Assembly (NCBI GenBank): GCA_041917695.1
Contig: JAYRXE010000037.1
Location: forward strand, 306,582-370,581
Origin: Minisyncoccota bacterium
GTDB lineage: Bacteria > Patescibacteriota > Minisyncoccia > UBA6257 > GWB1-50-10
Length of the DNA stretch: 64,000 nt
Direction: 5' to 3'
The position numbers and the translations under genes were made by a program. This document shows positions 1-10,405 of the stretch, one piece after another. Position 1 is the first letter of the stretch. Each line of letters opens with the position of its first letter. The notes under the pieces are model-generated. The model saw only the letters and a list, made by a program, of their open reading frames with translations, did no database searches and was not told the DNA's origin.

Positions 1-108
1 CTTGAAAAGGTGGACGTCGTACTCGAAATCCCCATGCGGGGACAAAAGGAGTCTTTGAATGTGGCGGTTGCTTTCGGCATTGCCGCGTATGAAATCGCTT
101 CCGACTGA
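1..108 (+). CDS. TrmH/SpoU family RNA methyltransferase, C-terminal end (partial)
   Basis: Frame 1 reads LEKVDVVLEIPMRGQKESLNVAVAFGIAAYE*, the SPOUT motif IPMxG..SLNVAVA. Confidence 0.9.
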   Translation, partial: LEKVDVVLEIPMRGQKESLNVAVAFGIAAYEIASD

Positions 109-131
109 ATTTTTTCTGATATAATTTTCCT

Positions 132-623
132 ATGACGCAAGCGGGGCATTTTTCAAAACTTGCACTCGTCATCCTCTTTGCCTTCGTGGCGGTCGGAGGC
201 GTTTTCTATTCGTACCTAGGCTCCATTTCAAAAAGTTACGGAACCTATGCGTTGCTTCCCGAGGGTCAGAAAATATCGCTTGATCTCGCGCGAACGGACG
301 TGGAGCGCGCGCGGGGGCTTTCCGGCAGGCAGAGCATCAAGGAAGACGCCGGCATGTATTTCATCTTTCCGCGGGAGGACCGCTACGGATTTTGGATGAA
401 GGACATGGAATTTCCGATAGATATCATTTGGATTCACCAAGGAAAGGTGGTCGGCGTCGCCGAAAACGTGCAGGCCCAGCCGGGGGCGACCGATAGCGAG
501 CTCGAAATCTATTATCCCCCGGAAGCGGTGAATGCAGTGCTGGAGATGAAAGCGGGAGCGGCGAGAAGGTATACTATTGATACGGGGGATCGCATACAGG
601 TGCAGATCATTCCCGATAAATAA
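132..623 (+). CDS. DUF192 domain protein, N-terminal membrane anchor
   Basis: RARGLSGR..GMYFIF..FWMKDMEFPIDIIW..VLEMKAG signature; TATAAT 120-125, ATG 6 nt later. Confidence 0.85.
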   Translation: MTQAGHFSKLALVILFAFVAVGGVFYSYLGSISKSYGTYALLPEGQKISLDLARTDVERARGLSGRQSIKEDAGMYFIFPREDRYGFWMKDMEFPIDIIWIHQGKVVGVAENVQAQPGATDSELEIYYPPEAVNAVLEMKAGAARRYTIDTGDRIQVQIIPDK

Positions 624-627
624 CCTC

Positions 628-1647
628 ATGCCAAAAAAAATTGCCATCAACGGATTCGGGCGCATCGGCCGCATTTTCATGCGCCAAGCGCTCGAACATC
701 CTTCCTTCGAGATTGTTGCGGTGAATGATTTGGGGGATATTCAAAACCTTGCGTATCTTTTTGCGCACGATTCGGTATACGGAAAATTCCGCGGAACTGT
801 TGAAGCGGATGAGGCTTCACATTCCTTGGTGATTAACGGCACGCGCATCGCCGTTTTGCAGGAAAAAGATCCGGTTGCGCTTCCGTGGAAAAAATTGGGA
901 ATCGACGTTGTCGTGGAATCGACGGGAGCCTTCGATTCGTTCGAAAAAGCCAACGCCCATATCCAGGCGGGGGCAAGGCATGCGGTCTTGAGCGCTCCCG
1001 CGAAGGATGGCGATGGACCGTTAGGACGCACAATCATCATCGGCGTGAACGACCATGAACTTGGCTCGACGCCCGTGACTTCAAACGCTTCATGCACCAC
1101 GAATGCCATCGCGGCGGTGATGCGCATCATGGCGGATACCGTGGGATTTGAGAAAGCCATTTTGAATACGACCCACGCGTATACGGCGACGCAAAGCATC
1201 GTGGACAGCCCCGTGAAGGGGAGCGATTTCAGGCGGGGGCGGGCCGGGGCGCATAACATGGGACCGTCGTCAACGGGCGCGGCGCTTGCGGCGGGAAGAG
1301 TGATTAAGGAAGCCGAAGGGCTTTTCGACGGCATCGCCGTCCGCGTGCCGGTCGTCGCCGGATCGATTGCAGACGTAACATTCGTCGCCAAACGGCCGAC
1401 CAGTTCCGAAGAAGTGAATGAACTCCTCCGCTCCGCGGCGCGGGAGGCCCGCTGGGAGGGTATTCTCAAGGTTTCCGACGACCAGCTCGTCTCCACCGAT
1501 ATCATCGGCGAACCGTATGCGGCGATTGTGGACGCGCGCTCGACGCGGGTCGTGGGGAGGAATCTCGTGAAAATTCTCTGCTGGTACGACAACGAATACG
1601 GGTACGTTTCAACGCTGGTGAAACATATCGACCGGATCCCCCTCTAA
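628..1647 (+). CDS. gap: Type I glyceraldehyde-3-phosphate dehydrogenase
   Basis: INGFGRIGR, ASCTTN, WYDNEYGY; start moved to MPKK ATG 628. Confidence 0.97.
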   Translation: MPKKIAINGFGRIGRIFMRQALEHPSFEIVAVNDLGDIQNLAYLFAHDSVYGKFRGTVEADEASHSLVINGTRIAVLQEKDPVALPWKKLGIDVVVESTGAFDSFEKANAHIQAGARHAVLSAPAKDGDGPLGRTIIIGVNDHELGSTPVTSNASCTTNAIAAVMRIMADTVGFEKAILNTTHAYTATQSIVDSPVKGSDFRRGRAGAHNMGPSSTGAALAAGRVIKEAEGLFDGIAVRVPVVAGSIADVTFVAKRPTSSEEVNELLRSAAREARWEGILKVSDDQLVSTDIIGEPYAAIVDARSTRVVGRNLVKILCWYDNEYGYVSTLVKHIDRIPL

Positions 1648-1661
1648 TTTGTTGGCTCGTG

Positions 1662-1690
1662 AAGGCCGGCGGAACGCCGGTTTTTTCTTT
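1662..1690 (+). terminator. Intrinsic terminator after gap
   Basis: CCGGCG-GAA-CGCCGG followed by a T-run. Confidence 0.8.
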
Positions 1691-1733
1691 CTCGTTTGGG
1701 AAAATGGCGCGGTGCGTATAAAATGAGTGGGCT

Positions 1734-3125
1734 ATGAAGAAAGTCCTTGCCGTCACCGGCATCCTTCTCATTTTTTTCGCCGCGGGGGCGTTCGCGTTCC
1801 TTTCAGCGCGCTTGTGGCAGGCGAATGGGGAACTGAAGAGCGAGCTTGAGACGCAAAAAGTCTCTTCCGAACGCCGTGAAGCGGTGCTTCAGGGAAATTT
1901 CCTTTCCGCCGATGGCTTTGGCTCGTCCGGCAAGGATGAATATTTCGCGTCAAAGGAAAAGCTCATCTCTGCAAAAGCGGATTTCGTAAACGTAGACTTG
2001 GCGGGGATGAAGCTTACGCTCTACGAGAAAGGAGCGGAAAAGGCGGCGTATCCTGTGCTTACGAAAGGACGGGAGGGAAGTTGGTGGGAAACGCCCACGG
2101 GGGAATATACCGCGCTTTCCAAAGAGACGAACCATTTTTCATCCATCGGCAAGGTATGGATGCCGTGGAGCATCCAGTTTTACGGGAATTTCTTCATCCA
2201 CGGCTGGCCGTATCATCCCGACGGTTCGCCGGTCGAGGCGGCCTATTCGGGGGGCTGCGTGCGGCTTGCAACCGAGGATGCAAAAAAAGTTTTTGACTTC
2301 GTTTCGCGGGGAATGCCCATTCTCATCTATGAAGTGAAGCCCGATCGGCGCATCACGCCGGTAACGCCGGCGGGAAATGCGCCCGCCGTTCCCGCGCTCA
2401 CCGCCGAATCGGCCATCGTGGCGGATCTCGACACCGGCGATATCTTTCTCGATAAGAACGCCGACATGCCTTTGGAACTCATGTCGGTCACGAAGCTTAT
2501 GACGGCTGTCGTCGCAAGCGAGCTGATTTATCTTGAGCGGGGTATTACCATCTCGAGCGGCATGGTCTCCGATCCGGTGCAAAGCTACCCGCTTGCAGTC
2601 GGGAAAAGCTATAAGGCATTCGACCTTTTTTACCCGATGCTCATGCAGTCTTCGAACGGCTCGGCGCGGGCGCTCGGCTCATTCATCGGCGAAAAGGAAT
2701 TCGTCCGGCAAATGAATGAAAAGGCCAAAACGCTCGGCATGGCGAATACGACTTTTGCGGATACGCCCGGAATCAAAGAGGAAAACAAGGGGAGTTTGAA
2801 AGATGTCGCGCGTCTTATGAAATATATCGCCGACAAACGGTTTTTCATATTCGATATCACCCGGGGCAAGAAACTTTCCATCTTCAGTGAAGGCGAACTT
2901 TCCTCGATAAAGAATTTCAACGACTTTGCGGGGGATCCGCGCCTCCTCGGCATGAAAAACGGGAAACTGATGGCTATCGGCGAGACCATTGCGGCGGTCT
3001 TTATCTTGAAGGACGGGAACGGGGCGGAACATCGCATTTTCATAGGGGTTTTAAGGTCCGCGGACCGGAAAGGGGACACGGAGAAGCTTTTGGGGTGGAC
3101 TGAGGCCGCTTTTGGCTTGAAATAA
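1734..3125 (+). CDS. L,D-transpeptidase (YkuD) fused to peptidase S11 D-Ala-D-Ala carboxypeptidase
   Basis: WWETPTG..FFIHGWP..SGGCVRL, then SVTK, SSN and KNG motifs; N-terminal TM helix. Confidence 0.85.
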   Translation: MKKVLAVTGILLIFFAAGAFAFLSARLWQANGELKSELETQKVSSERREAVLQGNFLSADGFGSSGKDEYFASKEKLISAKADFVNVDLAGMKLTLYEKGAEKAAYPVLTKGREGSWWETPTGEYTALSKETNHFSSIGKVWMPWSIQFYGNFFIHGWPYHPDGSPVEAAYSGGCVRLATEDAKKVFDFVSRGMPILIYEVKPDRRITPVTPAGNAPAVPALTAESAIVADLDTGDIFLDKNADMPLELMSVTKLMTAVVASELIYLERGITISSGMVSDPVQSYPLAVGKSYKAFDLFYPMLMQSSNGSARALGSFIGEKEFVRQMNEKAKTLGMANTTFADTPGIKEENKGSLKDVARLMKYIADKRFFIFDITRGKKLSIFSEGELSSIKNFNDFAGDPRLLGMKNGKLMAIGETIAAVFILKDGNGAEHRIFIGVLRSADRKGDTEKLLGWTEAAFGLK

Positions 3126-3247
3126 GGCTGTTTTTAGGGTAGTCCTAACGTACCGTCCCGGTACGTTTATTCTTGTACCAGGCATGGGAGGGGTGCTATT
3201 GACAGCCCTCGAGATATATGCTAGAATTTCACGGAAATACAAAAAAT

Positions 3248-5257
3248 ATGAAGAAAGCAAGCAAACTCATCAGTTTCTTCATGGTCGGAGTCCTTGTGGC
3301 GACCGTCGTGGTCCCTGCGGGAACGATTGCGGCCAGCGCTTCAAGCGCGTCCGCGCCCTCTGTCGGAGCTGTAAACAGCTTTGGGTCTCGTTCCAGCGCG
3401 GCGTATGCGATCGGCGGCCAGAGCGGCAGCCCTGCAATCGTGGTGCCCTCGACTATCCAGCCAGTTGCAAACTTTGGCGTTACGCCTTCGGATACGTCGG
3501 CGGTTCTTTCCTGGTTCACGCCGAACCAGAACAACATGGCCGAATTCGATATTCGTCGGTCTACGTCGCCCATCAATGAAAACAACTTTGTTTTCGCGAC
3601 CCAGCTCGCGGGCGTTCCCCAGCCGATTCCCGGCATGACGCAGACGTTCACCGCAATCGGTCTCCAGTCCAATTCAAACTATTGCTTCGCCATTCGCGTG
3701 GTCGACATCGTCGGCCAAACGTCTCCGATCGTCTCTGCTTGCGTGACGACCTTGGGTGGCGGCCAATCGGGCATCCTTCCGGTGTCGAATTTCACCGGCT
3801 CGCCCGCTGAGCATTCCGTGAGCCTTTCGTGGCTTACGCCGAACCAGAACAACATGGCTGAGTTCGACCTTCGCCGGTCCACCTCGCCCATCAATGAAAA
3901 TAATTTCAATTTCGCTACCCAGTTGTCGGGCGTTCCCCAGCCGATTCCGGGCGTATCCCAGGGATACACCGCTACCGGTCTTGATTCGAACACCCTTTAC
4001 TGCTTTGCGATTAAAGTTGTCGACATTGTCGGCCAAACTTCCCGTCTCGTTTCGACTTGCGTTACCACGACTGGTGGCGGCGGAGGCGGTGGCGGCGGAG
4101 GCGGTGGCGGCGGAGGAGGCGGCCCCGGCCCTCTCTACGGCAGTTTCACCATCAATGGCGGTGAAGCGTGCCCCGCGAGCGTGAATGTGACCCTCTTTAT
4201 CACCACGAACGCAGCACAGATGATCGTTTCCAATTTCTCGGATTTCCGCGGTGCGGTTTGGGAACCGGCAACCACGAGGAAAGCATGGACTTTGCTCGGC
4301 GGTGCGGGACCGAAGACGGTGTACATGAAATTCCGCGACAGCTTCAATGTGGAATCCCCGATTACGTCGGTCACGGTCTGTCAGACCCCGACCTCGACTG
4401 TCGGACTCCCTCCGCAGGTGGTCATCATCCGCGAGCCAGTCTTCCAGCCCGTTGTGGTTCCGGGAGGCCAAGTCTTGGGTACGGCGACGAATCGCGTGGA
4501 CTTCAACGATCTTATGGTCAACTGGGGCCCGGTATCGTCCCGCAACAAGGCTGACTTGAACGGCGACCGCGTCGTCGACGGCAAAGATGTTGAGATTCTT
4601 GCCGACGACTGGGTGGATATCCGCGTCGAGGCGACGCCTCCGCTTCTTGCAACGACGCTTGCGATGGCTCCTGAAAAACTCAATGTGGTCGAAGGCGATA
4701 TCATGACGTTCGTCGTGAACGCCCGGCCCCAGCGCCAGAACGAGCGCGCATATACGGCGCAGATCAAGGTAAACTATCCCGCTGACGTTTTGGAATTCGA
4801 TTCCATCACGTACTGGAAGGGATGGGTGCCGGTGGTCCGCCCCGGATATGACGAGGTGGATGCCGTAAACGGTTCCATTGTGAAGACTGCCGGTTATGCG
4901 GACGGCTTCATGGATGAGAAAGTGTTCGGCGTCGTGAAATTCCGCGTTAAGCAGGCTGGTAAGGGAACGGTGAGCTTCGGCGACACCTCCTACGTCCTCG
5001 ACAAGGACCACCAGAATGCGCTTGCCGGAACCCGCTTGCCGAAAGAACTCGCCGTGACGGCCTATCCGTCGAAGGGTTCGGCTGAATCCTTCCTCGCGAG
5101 CCTCTTGGGTCTCGGTCCGGAAGGGCTCATCCCGCTCATCCTGCTCCTCGTCTTCCTCGGTCTTCTCATCGCGCTCTACTTCATCGTGAAGCGCGCCGAT
5201 GAGGCGGCTGAAATGGGAGGCGACGTGCGGAGTGAAATCTTCGCGGCTGACCGTTAA
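3248..5257 (+). CDS. Surface protein: signal peptide, 2x FN3, poly-Gly linker, dockerin-like, cohesin-like, C-terminal TM
   Basis: Two near-identical LSWxTPNQNNMAEFD..YCFAI repeats; KADLNGDRVVDGKD; YTAQIKVNYPADVLEF; promoter TTGACA-17-TAGAAT upstream. Confidence 0.8.
   Translation: MKKASKLISFFMVGVLVATVVVPAGTIAASASSASAPSVGAVNSFGSRSSAAYAIGGQSGSPAIVVPSTIQPVANFGVTPSDTSAVLSWFTPNQNNMAEFDIRRSTSPINENNFVFATQLAGVPQPIPGMTQTFTAIGLQSNSNYCFAIRVVDIVGQTSPIVSACVTTLGGGQSGILPVSNFTGSPAEHSVSLSWLTPNQNNMAEFDLRRSTSPINENNFNFATQLSGVPQPIPGVSQGYTATGLDSNTLYCFAIKVVDIVGQTSRLVSTCVTTTGGGGGGGGGGGGGGGGGPGPLYGSFTINGGEACPASVNVTLFITTNAAQMIVSNFSDFRGAVWEPATTRKAWTLLGGAGPKTVYMKFRDSFNVESPITSVTVCQTPTSTVGLPPQVVIIREPVFQPVVVPGGQVLGTATNRVDFNDLMVNWGPVSSRNKADLNGDRVVDGKDVEILADDWVDIRVEATPPLLATTLAMAPEKLNVVEGDIMTFVVNARPQRQNERAYTAQIKVNYPADVLEFDSITYWKGWVPVVRPGYDEVDAVNGSIVKTAGYADGFMDEKVFGVVKFRVKQAGKGTVSFGDTSYVLDKDHQNALAGTRLPKELAVTAYPSKGSAESFLASLLGLGPEGLIPLILLLVFLGLLIALYFIVKRADEAAEMGGDVRSEIFAADR
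3458..4072 (+). repeat. Intragenic tandem duplication of an FN3 domain (about 300 bp x2)
   Basis: ACGCCGAACCAGAACAACATGGC and TCGCCCATCAATGAAAA occur in both units. Confidence 0.9.
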
Positions 5258-5282
5258 AGAAAAAGAGTACTCAATACCTAAC

Positions 5283-5312
5283 AAAACTCCCCGCCATAGC
5301 GGGGAGTTTTGT
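5283..5312 (+). terminator. Intrinsic terminator
   Basis: AAAACTCCCCGC-CATA-GCGGGGAGTTTT. Confidence 0.85.
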
Positions 5313-5344
5313 TTTATCCATGCAATACCGTTAAAATCAGGAGT

Positions 5345-6124
5345 ATGACGTTTTTCGATTCCATCATTTTGGGGATTGTTGAAGGGGTGACCGAGTTTTT
5401 GCCCATTTCCTCGACGGGCCATTTGATACTCGCGTCCGAACTCCTCGGTATCCCGCAGACTGATTTCGTGAAGAGCTTTGAGATTGCAATACAGCTTGGC
5501 GCCATCCTTGCGGTGGTCGTCCTCTATTGGCGCCGTTTCCTCACGTCGCGCAAGGCGGTGATGCGCATCATCGCGGCGTTTCTTCCCACCGCAGTACTCG
5601 GCTTGGTTTTTTATTCGCTCATCAAGACGTATTTGCTCGGGAATCCCGTCGTCGTCCTTCTCGCGCTCGCGCTTGGCGGGGCGGGCCTTGTTCTCTTTGA
5701 GAAATGGTATGCGGGCCGGAACGCAACCGCGGTCCATAACGATATTGAGGAACTGAGCATCAGGCAGGCTGTCGCAATCGGTTTGTTCCAAAGCTTCGCC
5801 ATGGTGCCCGGCGTATCCCGCGCGGCGGCAACCATCCTGGGCGGGCTCTTCCTGGGTCTCGGCAGGAAGGCCATCGTCGAATTTTCTTTTTTGCTTGCGG
5901 TTCCGACGATGCTTGCCGCGACCGGGCTCGATCTTCTGAAAAGCGCCTATGCGTTTACGCCGAAGGAAGCAGTGCTTCTCGTCACCGGCCTTTTTATCTC
6001 GTTTGTCGTCGCCATCGGGGCGATAAAATTCCTGCTGAATTATATCGAACGGCATTCATTCACGAATTTCGGATGGTACCGGATAGCCGTCGCCGCCGTA
6101 TTCGCCGTCATTCTTTTCCTCTAA
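5345..6124 (+). CDS. uppP: Undecaprenyl-diphosphate phosphatase
   Basis: GIVEGVTEFLPISSTGHL and PGVSR motifs. Confidence 0.96.
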   Translation: MTFFDSIILGIVEGVTEFLPISSTGHLILASELLGIPQTDFVKSFEIAIQLGAILAVVVLYWRRFLTSRKAVMRIIAAFLPTAVLGLVFYSLIKTYLLGNPVVVLLALALGGAGLVLFEKWYAGRNATAVHNDIEELSIRQAVAIGLFQSFAMVPGVSRAAATILGGLFLGLGRKAIVEFSFLLAVPTMLAATGLDLLKSAYAFTPKEAVLLVTGLFISFVVAIGAIKFLLNYIERHSFTNFGWYRIAVAAVFAVILFL

Positions 6125-6300
6125 ATCAGAAGCAGATAAAAACGGCGATTATGATGCCCGCGGAAAGAACCATTGCCCGTCGTAATCCTGTGCGTTCCGT
6201 ACGTGTTCTGTTTGTTTCCGCCATATATGTTCCAGACGTTTTTCCCCGCTTTCCGTGACCTTTGCCGTCATATGAGGCTTTGTTGAACCGTTTTACGCGT

Positions 6301-6774
6301 ATGAGCAAAAACACTCTTCTTATCCTCGTCGGCCTCCTCGTTGTCGCGGGAGTGGCGTATGTATGGGTGCAGGGCGGAGGATTTCAAACGGCAGCCAAGG
6401 ACGAATCCCAGATCCGTGCCCAAACGGAAGGCTTCGGTGAGGCGTTACAGCAGGTATCCCTGCTTGCCCCCGACGACGTGCGGCAGGCGGAAATGCAGGA
6501 AAATTATTCAGCCTATCTTTCCCCAAACGTGTTGAATGAGTGGAAAAGCGATTCTTCGCATGCCGTGGGACGGCTTACCTCAAGCCCGTGGCCGGCCCGC
6601 ATAGAAATCCAAACCGTGACAAAACGCGATGACGGAACGTACGAAGTGAAAGGAGATATCATTGAAGTGACAAACACCGACCCGAATGTCGCCCGCCGTC
6701 CGGTCACGCTTGTTTTTGAGAAGCAAAACGGACGGTGGCTTATTGCGAGTGTGGAAGCGGGAGACTATCATTAA
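6301..6774 (+). CDS. Hypothetical membrane-anchored extracytoplasmic protein
   Basis: MSKNTLLILVGLLVV anchor; C-terminal FEKQNGRWLI (NTF2-like end). Confidence 0.7.
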   Translation: MSKNTLLILVGLLVVAGVAYVWVQGGGFQTAAKDESQIRAQTEGFGEALQQVSLLAPDDVRQAEMQENYSAYLSPNVLNEWKSDSSHAVGRLTSSPWPARIEIQTVTKRDDGTYEVKGDIIEVTNTDPNVARRPVTLVFEKQNGRWLIASVEAGDYH

Positions 6775-6810
6775 GGACATTTTTAAAAACTTTTGAAATG
6801 ATTACGGATT

Positions 6811-7422
6811 CTATTCCGTGGCGGGGGCGGGGACACGGAACGGGCGTTTTTTCATCCGTTCTTCCCGCCGTTTTTTGAGTTTCTCTGGGAATTTTTCCGC
6901 GAAAAATTTCCGGTAGGCGATCTTACTGTCGGTCTTCGTCTTTAGATTGTGACAGGGGATGCAGAGCATCTGACCGTTCGCGAGCTCGTTCTTGCCGCCA
7001 AGGGCGATGGGTTTGATGTGGTCAAGCGTAAGCGGTACGCCGGTTTTTCCGCAGGCGACGCATTTCTCGCCGTGCATGGCGATCAATTTTTCCTTGATGC
7101 GCTGCCGGGCGTCCGAAGAGCCTCCTTTTTTCTTGTAGCGGATTTCGGCGCGGTCGTTCTCGTGGATGGGGCAATGGCCGTGTTCGAGCTTGTACGCCAA
7201 ATACCCCTTCAGGGTCGTGAGTTCCTCGAGGGTTGCCGTGTCCATTGATTCGCCGATGTGGCCTTTGACCCAGCGGGCGGCGTCCATGCGTCCCCGGCGC
7301 TCGTTCATGTCCCACAATTGCGCCCGCAATCGGCGGCAGTCATACCGCGCTTTTTCCATTTCAGGAGTTCCTTTTGCATAAGCCTTTTTGGGCCGGAACG
7401 CCGTTTTGTCCGTTTTTTCCAT
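6811..7422 (-). CDS. HNH endonuclease
   Basis: CVACG..LTLDHIKPIALGGKNELANGQMLCIPCHNLKT. Confidence 0.9.
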   Translation of the reverse strand: MEKTDKTAFRPKKAYAKGTPEMEKARYDCRRLRAQLWDMNERRGRMDAARWVKGHIGESMDTATLEELTTLKGYLAYKLEHGHCPIHENDRAEIRYKKKGGSSDARQRIKEKLIAMHGEKCVACGKTGVPLTLDHIKPIALGGKNELANGQMLCIPCHNLKTKTDSKIAYRKFFAEKFPEKLKKRREERMKKRPFRVPAPATE

Positions 7423-7586
7423 CTAAAATCCCTATAAATTCGAGTGCCGAACTAAGTTCCCTTATTTTGCCTTATCTCGCGCATGCAGTCAAAAACCTTT
7501 CTGATTGACCTATTCCCAGAAGCCTCCTAAACTCATCAGATACACCCCCTTAGAGCGCAAAAGGCGGGCAATTTCGTTATAAAACT

Positions 7587-10103
7587 ATGAAGGAAAAAAT
7601 CTCGATAAAAGGAGCGCGGGAACACAATCTCAAGAATATATCGCTCGAGATTCCGCGCAACAAGCTCGTGGTATTCACCGGCCTCTCGGGTTCGGGCAAA
7701 TCGTCGCTCGCGTTCGACACCATTTTCGCCGAAGGCCAGCGCCGTTACATCGAATCGCTTTCCGCATACGCCCGGCAGTTTTTGGGACGGCTCGACAAGC
7801 CGGATGTGGACGAGATCGAAGGTTTGAGTCCCGCGATTTCCATTGACCAGAAAAGCCACAGCTCAAACCCCCGTTCGACCGTTGCCACCATAACGGAAAT
7901 CTACGATTATCTCCGCGTGCTTTTTGCCCGCGCGGGCACGCCCCATTGCCCTGAATGCGGCCATGAGATCAAAAAGATGACGAACGAGGAAATCGTTGAC
8001 ATTGCCATCGGGATTTCCCGCAAAAATCTCAAGAAACGCAATATCGTCGTACTTTCGACGGTCGTCCGCGGCCGGAAAGGCGAATACTACCAGATGCTCT
8101 ATGACTATTTGAACAACGGCTTTTCCGAGGTGCGCGTCGACGGTGTGTACTATTCGCTCCGCGACCGCATCGACCTTGCGCGCCACAAGGCGCACACCAT
8201 CGATTTGGTGGTGGACCGCATTCCGGCCGGGCTGGACTTTCGCGTGAAGGAAAACCGCCTGCGCCTTGCGGAGGCCATCGAGACGGGCCTGAAATACGGC
8301 CACGACGTGGTCACCATCGTTACCGAGGAGGAAATTTCGCTTTCGACGAAATTTACCTGTCCGAACGACGGCTTTTCATTTCCCGAAATCGAACCGCGCT
8401 TGTTCTCCTTTAACAGCCCTTACGGCGCGTGCCCTGTTTGCCACGGGCTCGGCACGGAAAGCTTGTGGTCCGATAAAATCTGTCCGGAATGCGGGGGGAA
8501 GCGCCTTCGCAAGGAAGCGCTCTCCGTTCTTATCAAGGGGAAGAACATTGCAACGATTGCGGCGCTTTCGATTGAAAAATCATATGAATTCTTCGGCTTG
8601 CTCCAGGAAGCGAAGAACAAGGTTTTTTCCGAGATTGCCGAAGTGCCGCTTCGGGAAATCAAAAACCGCCTCTCGTTTCTCGTCGACGTCGGCCTTGAAT
8701 ATCTCACGCTCGACCGCAAGGCCGGGACGCTTTCGGGCGGAGAGGCACAGCGCATCCGCCTCGCCTCGCAGATAGGTTCCAAACTCACGGGGACGCTCTA
8801 CATCCTCGACGAGCCGACCATCGGGCTTCATCAGCGGGACAATGCAAAACTTATTCGAACACTCCTTGATTTGCGCGATCTCGGCAACTCCGTCCTCGTA
8901 GTCGAACACGATGAGGACACGATTCGCGCATCGGATTATCTCGTGGATATCGGGCCTGCCGCCGGCGTGCACGGAGGCCAAGTCGTTGCGGCGGGGGAAA
9001 TGCCCAAGCTTTTGACGGACAAGAAGCAGACCTCGTCGACGCTCCAATATCTTCGCGGCGAAATAAAAGTGCATACGCCCCAAGAACGGCGGAATGTCGG
9101 AAAGGCGCATGATTCACTGAAGATAAAAGGCGTAACGGAGAACAACCTTCGAAACATAGACGTTTCGATTCCGCTTCGCCGGTTTACGGCGATCACAGGC
9201 GTATCGGGTTCGGGAAAGTCCTCGCTCGTGTATGACGTCCTTTTCAAAGCGCTTTCAAATACCTTCAATGGCACGAACTACGATGTTGGGGCGAACAAAG
9301 GGCTTTCGGGCCTTGAGTATATAAATCGCGTCATCAACATCGACCAATCGCCGATCGGTCGGACGCCGCGTTCGAACCCCGCGACCTATGTGGGGGCGTG
9401 GACGCATATCCGCGACCTCTTCACCTCCACGGAGGGCGCGCGCGTGCGGGGGTGGAAGCCGGGACGGTTCAGCTTTAACGTCAAAGGCGGACGATGCGAA
9501 AACTGCGAAGGGCACGGCGTGATCGCCATTGAAATGCATTTTTTGCCGACGGTGTACGTGCAGTGCGACATCTGCAAGGGCAAGCGTTTCGATCGCGAGA
9601 CGCTCGAGGTCGAGTACAACGGCAAGAATATTTACGAAGTCCTGAAAATGACCATCGAAGAGGCGGTGGAGTTTTTCGGCGACATTCCCTGGTTGCATGA
9701 TAAGCTCGCCATTCTTGAAGAGGTCGGGTTGGGGTACCTCGAGCTCGGCCAGTCCGCGACGACGCTCTCGGGCGGTGAGGCTCAGCGCATCAAGCTCTCC
9801 TCGGAACTCGGCAAACGCGACACGCGGAAAACGATGTACCTGTTGGACGAACCGACGACAGGCCTGCACTTCGCGGATGTGGACCAATTGCTGAAAGTGC
9901 TTCACCGCCTGGTGGACCGCGGCAACACGGTCGTGGTCATCGAGCACAATCTAGAAGTGATAAAGACCGCCGATTGGGTCATCGATCTCGGTCCCGAAGG
10001 GGGAGAGGGAGGCGGGAAGATCGTGGCGCAAGGAACGCCTGAATACGTTTCTAAGGTTGCGGGAAGCCACACCGCGACCTACTTGCGGAAAGCGCTGAAG
10101 TAG
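7587..10103 (+). CDS. uvrA: Excinuclease ABC subunit A
   Basis: [19 protein letters not shown], two LSGGEAQRI cassettes, Zn fingers. Confidence 0.98.
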   Translation: MKEKISIKGAREHNLKNISLEIPRNKLVVFTGLSGSGKSSLAFDTIFAEGQRRYIESLSAYARQFLGRLDKPDVDEIEGLSPAISIDQKSHSSNPRSTVATITEIYDYLRVLFARAGTPHCPECGHEIKKMTNEEIVDIAIGISRKNLKKRNIVVLSTVVRGRKGEYYQMLYDYLNNGFSEVRVDGVYYSLRDRIDLARHKAHTIDLVVDRIPAGLDFRVKENRLRLAEAIETGLKYGHDVVTIVTEEEISLSTKFTCPNDGFSFPEIEPRLFSFNSPYGACPVCHGLGTESLWSDKICPECGGKRLRKEALSVLIKGKNIATIAALSIEKSYEFFGLLQEAKNKVFSEIAEVPLREIKNRLSFLVDVGLEYLTLDRKAGTLSGGEAQRIRLASQIGSKLTGTLYILDEPTIGLHQRDNAKLIRTLLDLRDLGNSVLVVEHDEDTIRASDYLVDIGPAAGVHGGQVVAAGEMPKLLTDKKQTSSTLQYLRGEIKVHTPQERRNVGKAHDSLKIKGVTENNLRNIDVSIPLRRFTAITGVSGSGKSSLVYDVLFKALSNTFNGTNYDVGANKGLSGLEYINRVINIDQSPIGRTPRSNPATYVGAWTHIRDLFTSTEGARVRGWKPGRFSFNVKGGRCENCEGHGVIAIEMHFLPTVYVQCDICKGKRFDRETLEVEYNGKNIYEVLKMTIEEAVEFFGDIPWLHDKLAILEEVGLGYLELGQSATTLSGGEAQRIKLSSELGKRDTRKTMYLLDEPTTGLHFADVDQLLKVLHRLVDRGNTVVVIEHNLEVIKTADWVIDLGPEGGEGGGKIVAQGTPEYVSKVAGSHTATYLRKALK

Positions 10104-10132
10104 AAGGGGAATAATCTGGTATAATCATTCAC

Positions 10133-10339
10133 ATGTATACATTTGGATCAATTCTTGTGGTTATCGGCGTGGTCGCATTGCTGGATAATTTTGGCATTCT
10201 GCCGGGGAATTTTTGGGACTTCTTTTGGCCCGCGCTCTTAGTGCTCGTTGGCCTTTCCTTCGTTTCGCGTTCCCGCTGCCGGAAATGCCGCTGGAACCCG
10301 TGGACGCGCTGCGCCGAGTGTGACGAGAAAAAAGCGTAA
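10133..10339 (+). CDS. Small membrane protein (DUF5668/LiaI-LiaF-like) with Cys-rich tail
   Basis: GSILVVIGVVALLDNFGI..FWPALLVLVGL; TATAAT 7 nt before ATG. Confidence 0.65.
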   Translation: MYTFGSILVVIGVVALLDNFGILPGNFWDFFWPALLVLVGLSFVSRSRCRKCRWNPWTRCAECDEKKA

Positions 10340-10405
10340 GTTTTGACAAATGCCGCCCTCAGGCGGTATTTTGTTTGGAGAAATTTCGTAATTAACTTTT
10401 GAAAA

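Noticed and set aside
4073-4123. GGC/GGA/GGT repeat as a phase-variation tract
   Set aside because: In-frame mixed-codon poly-Gly linker; slippage would not change the frame.
3674-6055. 793-aa minus-strand ORF
   Set aside because: Antisense to the FN3 protein and uppP; no motifs; a codon-bias artefact.
6126-6224. 32-aa minus-strand TM peptide
   Set aside because: Plausible but has no clear start signal; not enough support to annotate.
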